DNA of 64,000 bases, from the NCBI GenBank assembly GCA_041648575.1, contig JBAZOT010000003.1:14895-78894 (forward strand), written 5' to 3'. Position numbers and translations under genes: made by a program. Each line of letters begins with the position of its first letter. The stretch's first letter is position 1. The notes beneath the pieces are model-generated. The model made no database searches, was not told where the DNA came from, and saw only the letters and a list, made by a program, of their open reading frames with translations. The DNA is from Patescibacteria group bacterium (GTDB taxonomy: Bacteria > Patescibacteriota > Patescibacteriia > Veblenbacterales > UBA10138). Shown here one piece after another: positions 10,374 to 20,800 of the stretch.

Positions 10374-12881
10374 TTAATGATCTCTAACTTCTGCGTTAAA
10401 TTTTTTAATTAATATTTGCTTAATCTTTTCTATTACCTTGTCCACTTCTTCTGATGTTAATGTCCTATCCGAGGCACGTAAAGTCACGGTAAAGGCGATA
10501 CTGTGTTTAGGGGCGTAAACATCAAATAGTTCAATTGATTCTAATAAATCCATATTCTCAATTTCTTTTTGAATTTGAGACCAAGTTACCCTTTCTGGCA
10601 AAATAATTGATAGATCTCTCGCAGCTTCGGGGTACTCTGGTGGCGGTTCCGATGGGCTGGTCGGCCCTATTTCCAACATATCAAGTGACAACTCAATTAC
10701 TGCAGTAAATTCAGGCAAATCTAACTCCCGTCGTAATTTTTCTTGCAATATCCCGATGTGCCCAACTGTCTCGTTATTAATAATAATATCGGCTGCCATA
10801 TTTTCATTAAACCAGTCATGCTTAATTTTTTGCACTTCCACTAACTTAAAATCATTTTCCAGTTCATGGCCGATCTGTACGAGAACCCCAACCATATCAC
10901 GGTAACACCGGAGGAGGTCATCTCGTTCGTCACGTTTATTTCTACCAAGAACTATACCCAAATGAAACGGCTGTTTGGGTAAATTGCCACCCCCAGGTCT
11001 TCGTAAATACTCCTTACCGGATTCCGCCACAAAGACCCGGCCAATTTCAAACATTTTAACATTTTTATGTTTCTGACTATTTAAACCGGCTTGCCCTAAA
11101 AAGTTGGGTAATAAAGTTGGTCGTAAATAAGGCTTGCCCTGATCTGTTGGGTTTTCTAATTCAATACTTAAATCGCTTGTTATATGTTTACCTCTAATAG
11201 TCAGCCCAAAGTTTTGTAAATCTTTTTCACCCACAAATGAATGACTTAAAGTCTCTGTAAACCCAGCACCAATCAAGCACTCACGAATTTTTTGCATTAA
11301 CAATTGCTTTTCATCGGCCAATGGTTTAGTAATGGTAAAACTCGGCAGACTCGGCGTAATTTTTCCATAACCATAAATCCGTGCTACTTCCTCCAACAAA
11401 TCTTCACGAATTGTTACGTCTCTAGTGGCCCGCCATGAAGGCACGGTTACTTGCCATTTGACCACGCTGTCATCGCGATCCGCCCTGATCGGAGTGGCGA
11501 TCTTATGAGATTGCTTCGATCCGCTCGCAATGACTTTTATTTTAAAACCCAAATTCTCCAATATATTTTTAATCTGGCTATATTTTATTTTCGTACCCAA
11601 ACGCTCATTAATCCAATCGGGATTTACATTAATTTCAACCGGTTTAAATTTTTTAGGATATTCATCAACTAGGTCGCTGGCAACTTTTACGCCTGTAATT
11701 ATTTGTTGCATTATAGCCACAAAGCGCTTAATGCCAATTTCTGCTAGTTCTGGATCCAAAGCTTTTTCAAAACGAACAGATGCTTCGCTGCGTAAACCAA
11801 GTTTGCTGGCTGTTTGTCTTATACTAATCGGATTAAAAGTCGCAGATTCTACCACCAAGTTAGTTGTGCTAGATGAAACCTCACTAAACTCGCCACCCAT
11901 TACGCCAGCCACAGCAATCGCACTTTTATCATCAGCAATAACCAACATCTCACTGGATAATTTTCTGGATTCTCCATCTAGTGTTTTTATTACCTCTCCG
12001 GAGTTTGCTGTTCTGACAACAATTTTTGGAGAAGATAATTTTTGTAGATCAAAAGTGTGCAGTGGTTGGCCAGTTTCCAACATTACATAATTAGCAGCGT
12101 CCACCACATTATTTATTGATCTCATACCCAGGGCTTCTAATCTATTCTTTAACCATGTTGGTGATGAGGTAATCTTAATTCCAGCCAGCACCACCCCCAT
12201 ATACCTGTGGCATAAATCAGAGTTTTTAATTTCAACTTTAAACCCATTAGAGCCTTTTGGCAAATCAGCCAATTCCGGTAGTTTTAATTTTGTATTCCAC
12301 AAAGCTGCTAACTCCCTAGCCACACCCAAATGACTCCACAAATCAGGTCGATGAGTAATTGATTTATTATCAACTTCAATAACCAAATCATCTTTACCTA
12401 AAGCTTTGGCTAATAGTGTTCCAGGTTTAGCATCCAAATACGATAAATCCATAATGCCGTGCTCTGGTTCGTTATCATCAACCAAACCTAATTCTGCGGC
12501 CGAACAAGCCATACCATTACTTTTAACTCCACGAATAGTAGCAGCTTCCAATGACGCAAATTCACCCTCTCCATGCCATTTGACCAACGCGCCAGGTTGA
12601 GCCAGCGCGACTTTCATTCCTTCTTTTAAATTAATTCCTCCGCATACTATTTCCACTGTTTTGCCACCAATATCAACTGTAGCTAACTTTAATTTATCAG
12701 CATTAAGATGTGTTGATACTTTTATAACTAAGCCTACCGTGACTTTATTCAACTTTTCTGCCTCGCTGGTAACTGATTCTACCTCCATAACTGACATAGT
12801 CAAAAGCTCGCCCAACTCGCGCGCACTGATCCGCTTGGGTTTAACTATTAACTCTGCTAATGTTTTGTAAGAAAGATGCAT
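10374..12881 (-). CDS. pheT: Phenylalanine--tRNA ligase beta subunit
   Basis: 835-aa protein with tRNA-binding, B3/B4 and B5 domains and a class II-like C-terminus. Confidence 0.95.
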   Translation of the reverse strand: MHLSYKTLAELIVKPKRISARELGELLTMSVMEVESVTSEAEKLNKVTVGLVIKVSTHLNADKLKLATVDIGGKTVEIVCGGINLKEGMKVALAQPGALVKWHGEGEFASLEAATIRGVKSNGMACSAAELGLVDDNEPEHGIMDLSYLDAKPGTLLAKALGKDDLVIEVDNKSITHRPDLWSHLGVARELAALWNTKLKLPELADLPKGSNGFKVEIKNSDLCHRYMGVVLAGIKITSSPTWLKNRLEALGMRSINNVVDAANYVMLETGQPLHTFDLQKLSSPKIVVRTANSGEVIKTLDGESRKLSSEMLVIADDKSAIAVAGVMGGEFSEVSSSTTNLVVESATFNPISIRQTASKLGLRSEASVRFEKALDPELAEIGIKRFVAIMQQIITGVKVASDLVDEYPKKFKPVEINVNPDWINERLGTKIKYSQIKNILENLGFKIKVIASGSKQSHKIATPIRADRDDSVVKWQVTVPSWRATRDVTIREDLLEEVARIYGYGKITPSLPSFTITKPLADEKQLLMQKIRECLIGAGFTETLSHSFVGEKDLQNFGLTIRGKHITSDLSIELENPTDQGKPYLRPTLLPNFLGQAGLNSQKHKNVKMFEIGRVFVAESGKEYLRRPGGGNLPKQPFHLGIVLGRNKRDERDDLLRCYRDMVGVLVQIGHELENDFKLVEVQKIKHDWFNENMAADIIINNETVGHIGILQEKLRRELDLPEFTAVIELSLDMLEIGPTSPSEPPPEYPEAARDLSIILPERVTWSQIQKEIENMDLLESIELFDVYAPKHSIAFTVTLRASDRTLTSEEVDKVIEKIKQILIKKFNAEVRDH

Positions 12882-12979
12882 GTAATTTCAAAATGTAAAA
12901 ATCAAAATGCAAAATGACAGATTAAACTTTAAAATTAATAAATAATTTTGATTTTTGATTTTTTAATTTTAAATTAACT

Positions 12980-13003
12980 AAAATTGCTCTAAAAATCTTA
13001 AAT
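12980..13003. repeat. 24-bp direct repeat (copy 2) duplicating the 3' end of pheS
   Basis: aaaattgctctaaaaatcttaaat versus aaaattgttctaaaaatcttaaat at 13901..13924. Together they bracket the inserted gene 13035..13880. Confidence 0.6.
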
Positions 13004-13034
13004 TTACTGACAGAAGAAGAAATGATAAATAACC

Positions 13035-13880
13035 CTACTTAATATTTCTTGATGAAGCCTCGTGTAATCCAGTAGATAAATCGCCCTTTGGTTGACTTAG
13101 ACAAAACAATAACACATAATCTTGATCATTATTCTTTGAGGTGTAAGTATAATCTTGATCGGGACAACCTCCTTCCATCCATGGCTGAGGATTACTGGGT
13201 ATCTGCCCCATATACACGGTTTCAAGTTTAGCATCGCAGTGACTCATAAAACCTTTTGAACTTAAACACAACCCACCCACAGCCAACGGTGCGGTGACTT
13301 TTGGATAATAATTTAACTCATCAAAATAAAACTCTAGCACCGTTTGTATTTGCCTTACGTCTGACAATCGTTTACCATCTCGTGATTTTTCTAATTTAGA
13401 ACTACCTGCGGGTAATACGCCAAGTAGAATCACTGCGATAATTATGTAACTCACCACATTAAACAAAACAGTCAATAGTGCGGTTTGACGACGAGTAAAT
13501 CCAAGCTTAAACAACCTACTTTTTACTACCCAGTACTCAATAAAAACAGTCGCGGGGAATAAAAATATGATGAAATAGGCAACATCAGTACCATAACCGT
13601 TTATTGGTAAAATTCCACCAATTATAGAAGTAACAAGATTGGCGATTAAGGATACTAAAATACTTTGCTTCCACGAAATTTCTTTTTTAAAAATCCAGCG
13701 CGAGAAATAGTAAATAGCTAGTGTCTCTGAAATAAAAATTATTGGGTAAATATACCAAACCGGAAGTAATGTATAGATAATTGGGGCTGCTAAATCCGCG
13801 TGGGCTATACCAGGCATCAACAACATGATTCCAATAACAAACAAGAGTCTATTAATTTTTATAATTATAAGTCGATTCAT
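13035..13880 (-). CDS. Membrane protein with C-terminal type IV pilin-like domain (inserted between pheS and pheT)
   Basis: Four predicted TM helices at the N-terminus. C-terminal KLGFTRRQTALLTVLF...GKRLSDVRQIQTVLEFYFDELNYYP resembles the pilin/pseudopilin N-terminal helix followed by the conserved YY..YP region, with paired Cys residues. Flanked by 24-bp direct repeats. Confidence 0.5.
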   Translation of the reverse strand: MNRLIIIKINRLLFVIGIMLLMPGIAHADLAAPIIYTLLPVWYIYPIIFISETLAIYYFSRWIFKKEISWKQSILVSLIANLVTSIIGGILPINGYGTDVAYFIIFLFPATVFIEYWVVKSRLFKLGFTRRQTALLTVLFNVVSYIIIAVILLGVLPAGSSKLEKSRDGKRLSDVRQIQTVLEFYFDELNYYPKVTAPLAVGGLCLSSKGFMSHCDAKLETVYMGQIPSNPQPWMEGGCPDQDYTYTSKNNDQDYVLLFCLSQPKGDLSTGLHEASSRNIK

Positions 13881-13898
13881 AATAGAGTAAATAAAAAA

Positions 13899-14921
13899 TT
13901 AAAATTGTTCTAAAAATCTTAAATCACCCGATAAAAATAGACGGATGTCATCAATCTGATATTTCATCATAACCAAACGAGACAGGCCTAAGCCAAAGGC
14001 AAAACCAGAAAATTTTTCAGGATTTACACCTCCAGCTTTTAATACGTTGGGATGCACTAAACCACAAGGCATCAATTCCACCCAACCAGATTGCTTACAA
14101 ACACTGCAACCTTTACCACCGCAAATAAAGCATTTTACATCCAGCTCAAATCCCGGCTCCACAAATGGAAAATAACCAGGTCGCAATCGAATCTCCACCT
14201 CTTTTTTAAATATTCCTTTTAACAACTCATTCATTACCCCGATCAAATGAGCTACGGTTATACCCTCTGCCACTACCAAACCTTCTAAGTGCCAAAAAGT
14301 ATTATCATGAGAAGCGTCAGTTGCTTCATAACGAAAGACTTTTCCCGGCACTACTGCGCGCAAAGGTGCGCCATATTTTTCCAGAGCCCTTACTTGCACG
14401 GACGAAGTATGAGTACGAAGCAACATCCTGTTGCCACTAATTGGCTTTTTTTCTTTAATATAAAAAGTGTCTTGAATATCTCGTGCTGGATGCCAGGAGG
14501 GAATATTTAAAGCCTCAAAATTATAATACTCGCTTTCCAATTCTGGTCCATCGAGTACCATAAAACCCATAGAGCGAAACAAATCTTCTAGTTCTTTTTG
14601 TACAATGGTTATGGGATGATAATGCCCGCGCGCGGGTTTAATACCAGGCAAAGTAACATCAAAAAATTCATCTAACTCTTTATTATTAGAAATATTTTTT
14701 TGCGTAAAAGCATTTTCTAAATCAACCTTCAACTCATTGGCTAACTTACCTAAACGTGGCCTCTGTTCTATACTAGATGCTTTAACCAATTGCATGACAG
14801 CGGCTAACTCTCCCTTACGGCCTAAATACTTAATCTGCCAATTTCGTAATTCGGCAGTCGAACGTAAAGATGACAATTCAGTCAGCGCTTGTTTTTTTAC
14901 ATTATTAATCTTATCAATCAT
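13899..14921 (-). CDS. pheS: Phenylalanine--tRNA ligase alpha subunit
   Basis: Class II motifs (FRSMGF, NIPSWHPARD, GLGLSRLVM). The last 8 codons lie inside direct repeat copy 1 (13901..13924). Confidence 0.95.
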   Translation of the reverse strand: MIDKINNVKKQALTELSSLRSTAELRNWQIKYLGRKGELAAVMQLVKASSIEQRPRLGKLANELKVDLENAFTQKNISNNKELDEFFDVTLPGIKPARGHYHPITIVQKELEDLFRSMGFMVLDGPELESEYYNFEALNIPSWHPARDIQDTFYIKEKKPISGNRMLLRTHTSSVQVRALEKYGAPLRAVVPGKVFRYEATDASHDNTFWHLEGLVVAEGITVAHLIGVMNELLKGIFKKEVEIRLRPGYFPFVEPGFELDVKCFICGGKGCSVCKQSGWVELMPCGLVHPNVLKAGGVNPEKFSGFAFGLGLSRLVMMKYQIDDIRLFLSGDLRFLEQF

Positions 14922-14924
14922 AAA

Positions 14925-15320
14925 TCAATCTTGTTCAGGCGGAACCTGTCGCCGCATTGATAAAAAGAAAAATTCAATTATTGTTAAAGCCAAAATTAAA
15001 ATAACTAAATTCCACCATGTTAATAATTTTTGATCTTGAAGTAATAAGGCTAACACAATTACGATTCCTAAAGATATTCCTTGACGAAAAGATATAGAAA
15101 CTTGCCTAAACACCACTTCATCTTTGCGCAACCAATAGCGAATTGCAAACCCTATCAATGTGGTAGTGCCAATAATGGCAATAAACAAGGCCAGGTAAAA
15201 AAACACAAACCCCATTGTTCCAGCTGATTCTGGTGCTAAATAATTAATTACCAATAACCAAGCTGCCCAAGCACCACAGGTACTTAACAGCATTAAAAGA
15301 ATATACTGGCGTAATGTCAT
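14925..15320 (-). CDS. Hypothetical small membrane protein (4 predicted TM helices)
   Basis: Hydrophobic profile only. Confidence 0.45.
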   Translation of the reverse strand: MTLRQYILLMLLSTCGAWAAWLLVINYLAPESAGTMGFVFFYLALFIAIIGTTTLIGFAIRYWLRKDEVVFRQVSISFRQGISLGIVIVLALLLQDQKLLTWWNLVILILALTIIEFFFLSMRRQVPPEQD

Positions 15321-15434
15321 GAAAATTATTAAAAATTAAAAAAGGGGTTTTATTTACCCATTTATTTTAGCATATTTTCAGCATTTCTACAAGTCTAAAA
15401 TGTTAATGAAATTATGCCAATTCTACTGCTAACA

Positions 15435-15725
15435 TTAGCCAAAAATTCTCAATCTTTTAACCTTTCCAGGAAACCGTGTTTCCAGGATTTTTAAAATCTC
15501 TTTTTCTGACAATTTTATCTCCTGCCCCAAGACCGAAGAAGAGACTTGAATATGTAAAGTATCATCCTTAAAAAATACGTTGCGAACAATATCTAAAGCA
15601 GAATTTCCCCAACGTTTTGATAAATAACTATTAAATTCTTCAACCATTTGGGCAATAATTGCTTGTTTTAACACCCCGTGATCCAACAACCGCGATGGTA
15701 AAATGCTTTTTAATGATTGGAACAT
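15435..15725 (-). CDS. DUF721/DciA-like protein
   Basis: ~96 aa with the pattern ...W...ALDIVRNVFFKDDTLHIQVSSSVLGQEIKL..., typical of DUF721 proteins that occur near replication genes. Confidence 0.45.
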   Translation of the reverse strand: MFQSLKSILPSRLLDHGVLKQAIIAQMVEEFNSYLSKRWGNSALDIVRNVFFKDDTLHIQVSSSVLGQEIKLSEKEILKILETRFPGKVKRLRIFG

Positions 15726-15727
15726 AG

Positions 15728-17170
15728 TTATTTAATTTTCTTAACTATACCTTTATTAGCGTCTACTTCCACCAAATCGCCATCTTTAAATAATAAAGTG
15801 GCATTATTAGTACCAACTATACAAGGAATCTTTAATTCCCTGGCAGTAATGGCAGCGTGACAAATCAAGCCGCCTTTATTAGTAACAATAGCCGCTGCTT
15901 TTCTCATAGCTGGTAATAAATCAGGACTAGTAGCTTGCGAAAGCAAAATATTACCGCGATTCATCTTTATCATATCTTTAGGTATTTGTATAATCTTTAC
16001 CACCCCTTTGACTTTTCCGGTATAAGCACATTGCCCCCTAGTTTCTTTGGATAAAGACTGTTCTTGTTGAATAATTAAGGAAGAAACATACTTTTTAGCT
16101 TGAGAATCAATCATCATCTGATTGCCTTGCTTATTAACTAAAAAACATGAAAAATGACGTCGTCTTTCTAACGCAGAAATATCTAGCTTCTTTTCCAGAA
16201 TAAACCCAGGCACCTCCCAAGGAAGAAGGAAAGTAAATATTTTCCAGTCATTCACACCTTGTTGTTTTGCAAGCAATCTCCACAGTGCCTCATATGAATA
16301 AAAGCTATGAGTCAAAAGGTCTTTACGTAAACCTTTCTGCCAAATTACGGTCTGGGCTAACTGAACCAGAAATCTCGCTCGATTAGTATAATTTAACTTA
16401 GCCATTAACTCCTGCTGTTGTTTTTTTATTTTATTAAGTTGCAGAGGTAAAGACAAATTAACATTTCCCCTACAGACAGTACCGAACTCTTTCTTAAATT
16501 CTTCAAATAAAATAACTGGACCTAAATATAAATAATCAAGCCAACAATAATTCCTATATAATTTTTTTAAAATTAAGGTGAGCCGATTTTTACTTAATGC
16601 TTTACGGCGGCTAGCTAATAAAGCTAACTTGTAATCTTTTTTTTGATGAAGACTTAATTTGGTAACTTGGCTCAATAATGTCCAATGTTTATTAAAATCC
16701 TTAGCAGAAGAGAATCCTCTCAATTCTTCCATGATTTTATTCGATAGATGATTTTTACCATCAATAATTAAACCGTTTACTATTACTCCACTCACTTGAT
16801 AGAGGTGTTGAAGATTACTAACTTTCATAAACTCCTTCGCTAAACTTGATCTGGATAATTTATCTAACGGTAAATTCCTAAACAACTTAGCGCTCTTAAA
16901 AAATTTATCAGCATAAAGGTTAATCTTATCGTATATCTTGGTACGCCATTTGTTATCATTTAACAAGCGATTAGCGGCAAAGTTGGCTGATTTATTAAAC
17001 TCTTGATCATCAAAAAAATAAGTGCACACACCTTTGTCCATCACTGCTATAACTTTGGTGATATAACTACCACCCCCTAATCGAGGAAAATCATGAACAA
17101 AGCCACGTCCATGGTACCCTAACAATAACCAATGGCCACTAAATATCCTGTCATAAATTAACAGAGCCAT
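15728..17170 (-). CDS. PEP-utilizing enzyme mobile (phosphohistidine swivel) domain protein
   Basis: C-terminal GGLICHAAITARELKIPCIVG, the canonical PEP-utilizers His motif. The N-terminal ~370 aa is not assignable. Confidence 0.55.
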   Translation of the reverse strand: MALLIYDRIFSGHWLLLGYHGRGFVHDFPRLGGGSYITKVIAVMDKGVCTYFFDDQEFNKSANFAANRLLNDNKWRTKIYDKINLYADKFFKSAKLFRNLPLDKLSRSSLAKEFMKVSNLQHLYQVSGVIVNGLIIDGKNHLSNKIMEELRGFSSAKDFNKHWTLLSQVTKLSLHQKKDYKLALLASRRKALSKNRLTLILKKLYRNYCWLDYLYLGPVILFEEFKKEFGTVCRGNVNLSLPLQLNKIKKQQQELMAKLNYTNRARFLVQLAQTVIWQKGLRKDLLTHSFYSYEALWRLLAKQQGVNDWKIFTFLLPWEVPGFILEKKLDISALERRRHFSCFLVNKQGNQMMIDSQAKKYVSSLIIQQEQSLSKETRGQCAYTGKVKGVVKIIQIPKDMIKMNRGNILLSQATSPDLLPAMRKAAAIVTNKGGLICHAAITARELKIPCIVGTNNATLLFKDGDLVEVDANKGIVKKIK

Positions 17171-17175
17171 ATTAT

Positions 17176-17889
17176 TTAAATAATGCTAATAATATTAGTA
17201 TTTTCAGAGGAAGAAAGTAAACGGAAACCGCCTAATGGTTTGGGTCTTTTTGTTTGGGTAAATTCTTTCCTCATTAACTCTGCTATTTGTTCGTCTGTAA
17301 ATTTCTCATCCTGGTAGCTAATAGCCAAATCCAAAGTACGGGCAAAAAAGCCATGTGAAATGAATAGCGGCTGACGATTGGTATACTTATTTATTCTCCT
17401 TAAATATGTCAAAAAATTATTAGCTCTTTTATAAACATCAACAGGCCCCTCATCAATGATGTTGCCGTTTAAGAATGAATCGATGAATTTATTCCTCACC
17501 TCACTCATATCCTTAGCTTGTTCATAATATTCTGGAGTTATGTCGTCCATAGGAAATTTTACTTCTTTCAAATAATCGGAGGGGTGTACCTCTATATCAG
17601 CATCTACCAACCCTCTGACTAATTCAGCTGTCTGTCTACCTCGCAAAGCTGATGAACAAATAATGATATCAAAATCACCTTTCTTAATTTCTCCACTGCT
17701 TATCTTTTCTTGAATCAATTTAGTACTACTTTCTTTGTCTATGGGCGGATCCGTTTCTCCCCTCATAAATTTCACCAGTAACTCATAAGGAGGTTTTTCA
17801 CCTTTCTCAATATAAGTACTAATATCTAACACGTCGCCATGCCGTAAAAATAGTGATTCTAAATTCTCTCTACTAGACTTTGTGAACAT
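17176..17889 (-). CDS. Histidine phosphatase superfamily protein (phosphoglycerate mutase-like)
   Basis: N-terminal LRHGD and C-terminal ISHG motifs. Confidence 0.5.
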   Translation of the reverse strand: MFTKSSRENLESLFLRHGDVLDISTYIEKGEKPPYELLVKFMRGETDPPIDKESSTKLIQEKISSGEIKKGDFDIIICSSALRGRQTAELVRGLVDADIEVHPSDYLKEVKFPMDDITPEYYEQAKDMSEVRNKFIDSFLNGNIIDEGPVDVYKRANNFLTYLRRINKYTNRQPLFISHGFFARTLDLAISYQDEKFTDEQIAELMRKEFTQTKRPKPLGGFRLLSSSENTNIISII

Positions 17890-17896
17890 ATATTTA

Positions 17897-20800
17897 TTAT
17901 ATCAAAAATTTATACTGACAATCGTGACCGCCGTCTTTGTGAATCTCACTAAAATTATCCTGCTTTATAGATTCTATTATTTGCTCAATAACTTCTAAAT
18001 AGCGCGCTTGTAAATCTTCTAATTCTTCAGCCGCGCCCAAAAACGGATCAGACCAAACATTTTTATTTAAATACCAATATTGGCAATTAACCACTTTCTC
18101 CTGAAGAAACTCCTGCGCTGCTAATTGATAAATTAATAACTGGTCCTTGTCCACTTTAGCTAAATTTTTTGGCGGATTTTCACCAGTTTTATAATCAATA
18201 ATATTTACACCACCGACAGTAACATCCATCCGATCTATTTTGCCGACAAATTTATAATCACCAAAACGTATTTTAAAAAACTGCTCAATATATTTCGGTT
18301 GGGGTGGGTTATTTTTAATGGCATCGTAAAAAGTCTTAATTTGCTCCAATCCCCGCTTTTTAAAATTCTCGCGCTCTTGTTTGCTTTCGTACCAATCATC
18401 CAACCACACCTCTTGATAAATATTTTCCAGCTCTTTAATAGTTGGTAATTGAATCTTGCCTTTAGTTTTGCTGCCGGCAGTAAACAATCCCAACTGTTCT
18501 GAAGACAGGCGGCTTTGCCAAAGTTTCATAAAATGCTCCAAGGCTTTGTGCATGCTAGAACCAAAGCTTAAATAAGCATTACCCGGGGTAGGAATTTTTA
18601 GTAAATAACGGTATTTAAATTCCAACGGACATTTTAAATAACTGGAAATCGAAGAAAAAGAAAAATGTTCTGGTATTGAATAACTAACTTTTCTAGTTTT
18701 TACGCTGGTTTCTTTTTTATCCAACATTGATTCATCTTTCACTGTTGATTTGTCATAAACATTTTTATCAGCTAACCCAAGCTCATAAAGAAATTGCGAC
18801 GGCTTCCTTTTTTGCTTGCCAAAATAATCTAAAGCATAAGTAAAATATAAGCTGCGTTTGGCTCGCGTCATAGCTACATAAAACAGCCGACGCTCTTCTT
18901 GTAAATGAACATCACCTTCGGGTAAAATTTCCTTAATTAATTCCGTAGGCAAAACAATGGCTTCACGCCGCTCTGTGGATGGAAATCGGCGATCCACTAA
19001 CTGCACAATAAATACATATTTAAATTCCAAACCCTTGGCCGAGTGCACAGTAATTACTTTTACCATTTCCGGACCTTCTTCCCAAGCTGGCGGCAACTCG
19101 CCCTCTTCTCCAGCTTCCAGCTCTAAGGCAAACAAATTTAAAAAATTATTTAAACTTTTGTCAGTATTATCCAATTCAAACTCCTGGGTTTTTTTGAAAA
19201 AAGCCGTTAAATAATTAGCTTGTTTAATAACTTCGTAATTATCTTGATTTTGCACTAGCCAATCGCTCACGCCAATATCGCGTATCACGCGCAAATATGT
19301 TTCACTGGCTGTTTTTTCGCGGGCAAAACTAGAATGTTTAGTAATAAAATTTAATAAATTTTCAACTATTTTTTGGCCCTCGGTTGATAAAGGAATAGTT
19401 TTGGACTGATTTATAGCTTCGTACAAAGACAATGCTTTGCGATTGGCAAAATAAAGCAAGCTAGACAGGTCACTATTAGGCAATTTGAACCAGGGTGTGG
19501 TTAAAATGCGGTATAGGGCTTGAGACTCGTGATAATTGTCTAACAGCTTAAAATAAGCCATTAAATCAAGAATAATGGCCTCCTGGTAAAGCCCACGGCT
19601 AGCTACATACTCAAAAGGTATGCTGGCCTTGCGCAAACCCTGCAAAAACGGTTCAGCCGAAGCATTAGCCCTAACTAAGATAGCAAAATCATCCCAAGTA
19701 GCTTCTGAATCTATCTTTTTTAATTCAACAATTTTATTTATTACTCCAAACGATTCCTGATGAAGATTACTATAAGTCAGCAGTTCAATATTACCTGACT
19801 CACAACTGACTGCTTTTAATTTCTTAGATAATTTTTTTGCGCCTTGGCTCAACTTTATTTCTAATCGGTAAGGATTGTTTTGTTGGATAAATTTATAAGA
19901 CAAATCCAGAATGTCTTGCGTGCTGCGATAATTGGTAATTAACAAAATTTCTTTGGCCTGCGGATAATCTTTTTTAAATTCCAAAATATTAGAAATGGAA
20001 GCACCGCGGAATTTAAAAATTGACTGATCGTCATCCCCTACTACCGTAACATTATTAGCTGGAGCTGCTAAAATTTTTATTAATTCGTATTGCGCATAAT
20101 TAGTATCTTGAAACTCATCAATTAAAATGTATTTGAATTGTTTCTGAAAATGTTTTAAAACCCCAAGCCTAGTACGAAAAAGTTTCAAGCAATAATTAAT
20201 TAAATCACCAAAATCCAAAGCATTGTTATCTAACAGCAATTTTTGATAAACATGATAAGCCCGCGCAACTTCTTGCAAGCGTACGCTTTCATTTTCGTCT
20301 TCATTAATAATCTCGCTTTCGGTTTTTTCCACATCCTTACTTTTTCTCGTACTCTTACTCTTACTAATTTTCAAGAACTCACTTTGACCAGTGTTAAGTC
20401 TTTGTGATTCAGCTAGTTTCAAATAATCCCCCGGATACACTTCTTCATCTTTTGCTCGGGAAAAATGCTTAATTAAAGCATGCACAAATTTAGTGGAATT
20501 ACCCAAAGGCCGATAATAATCCAAATCAAATTTATCTAAATTCTGTTTAACCAATAGCCACTGTTCAGTAGTATTTAACAATTTAAAATCTCCGGGTAAG
20601 CCAATGTCCAGGCCATAATCTTTTAACACGCGCTCGGCAAAGGAGTGGAAAGTAGAAACCCATAAATTTACATAACCTAAAGGAAGTAGCTTATCCACCC
20701 GCTCTTCCATTTCACCAGCTGCTTTATCAGTAAAAGTTAAAGCTAAAATCTCGTTCGGTTTAGCTTTTTTTTGCTCAATTAGCCAAGCAATCCGCCTGGT

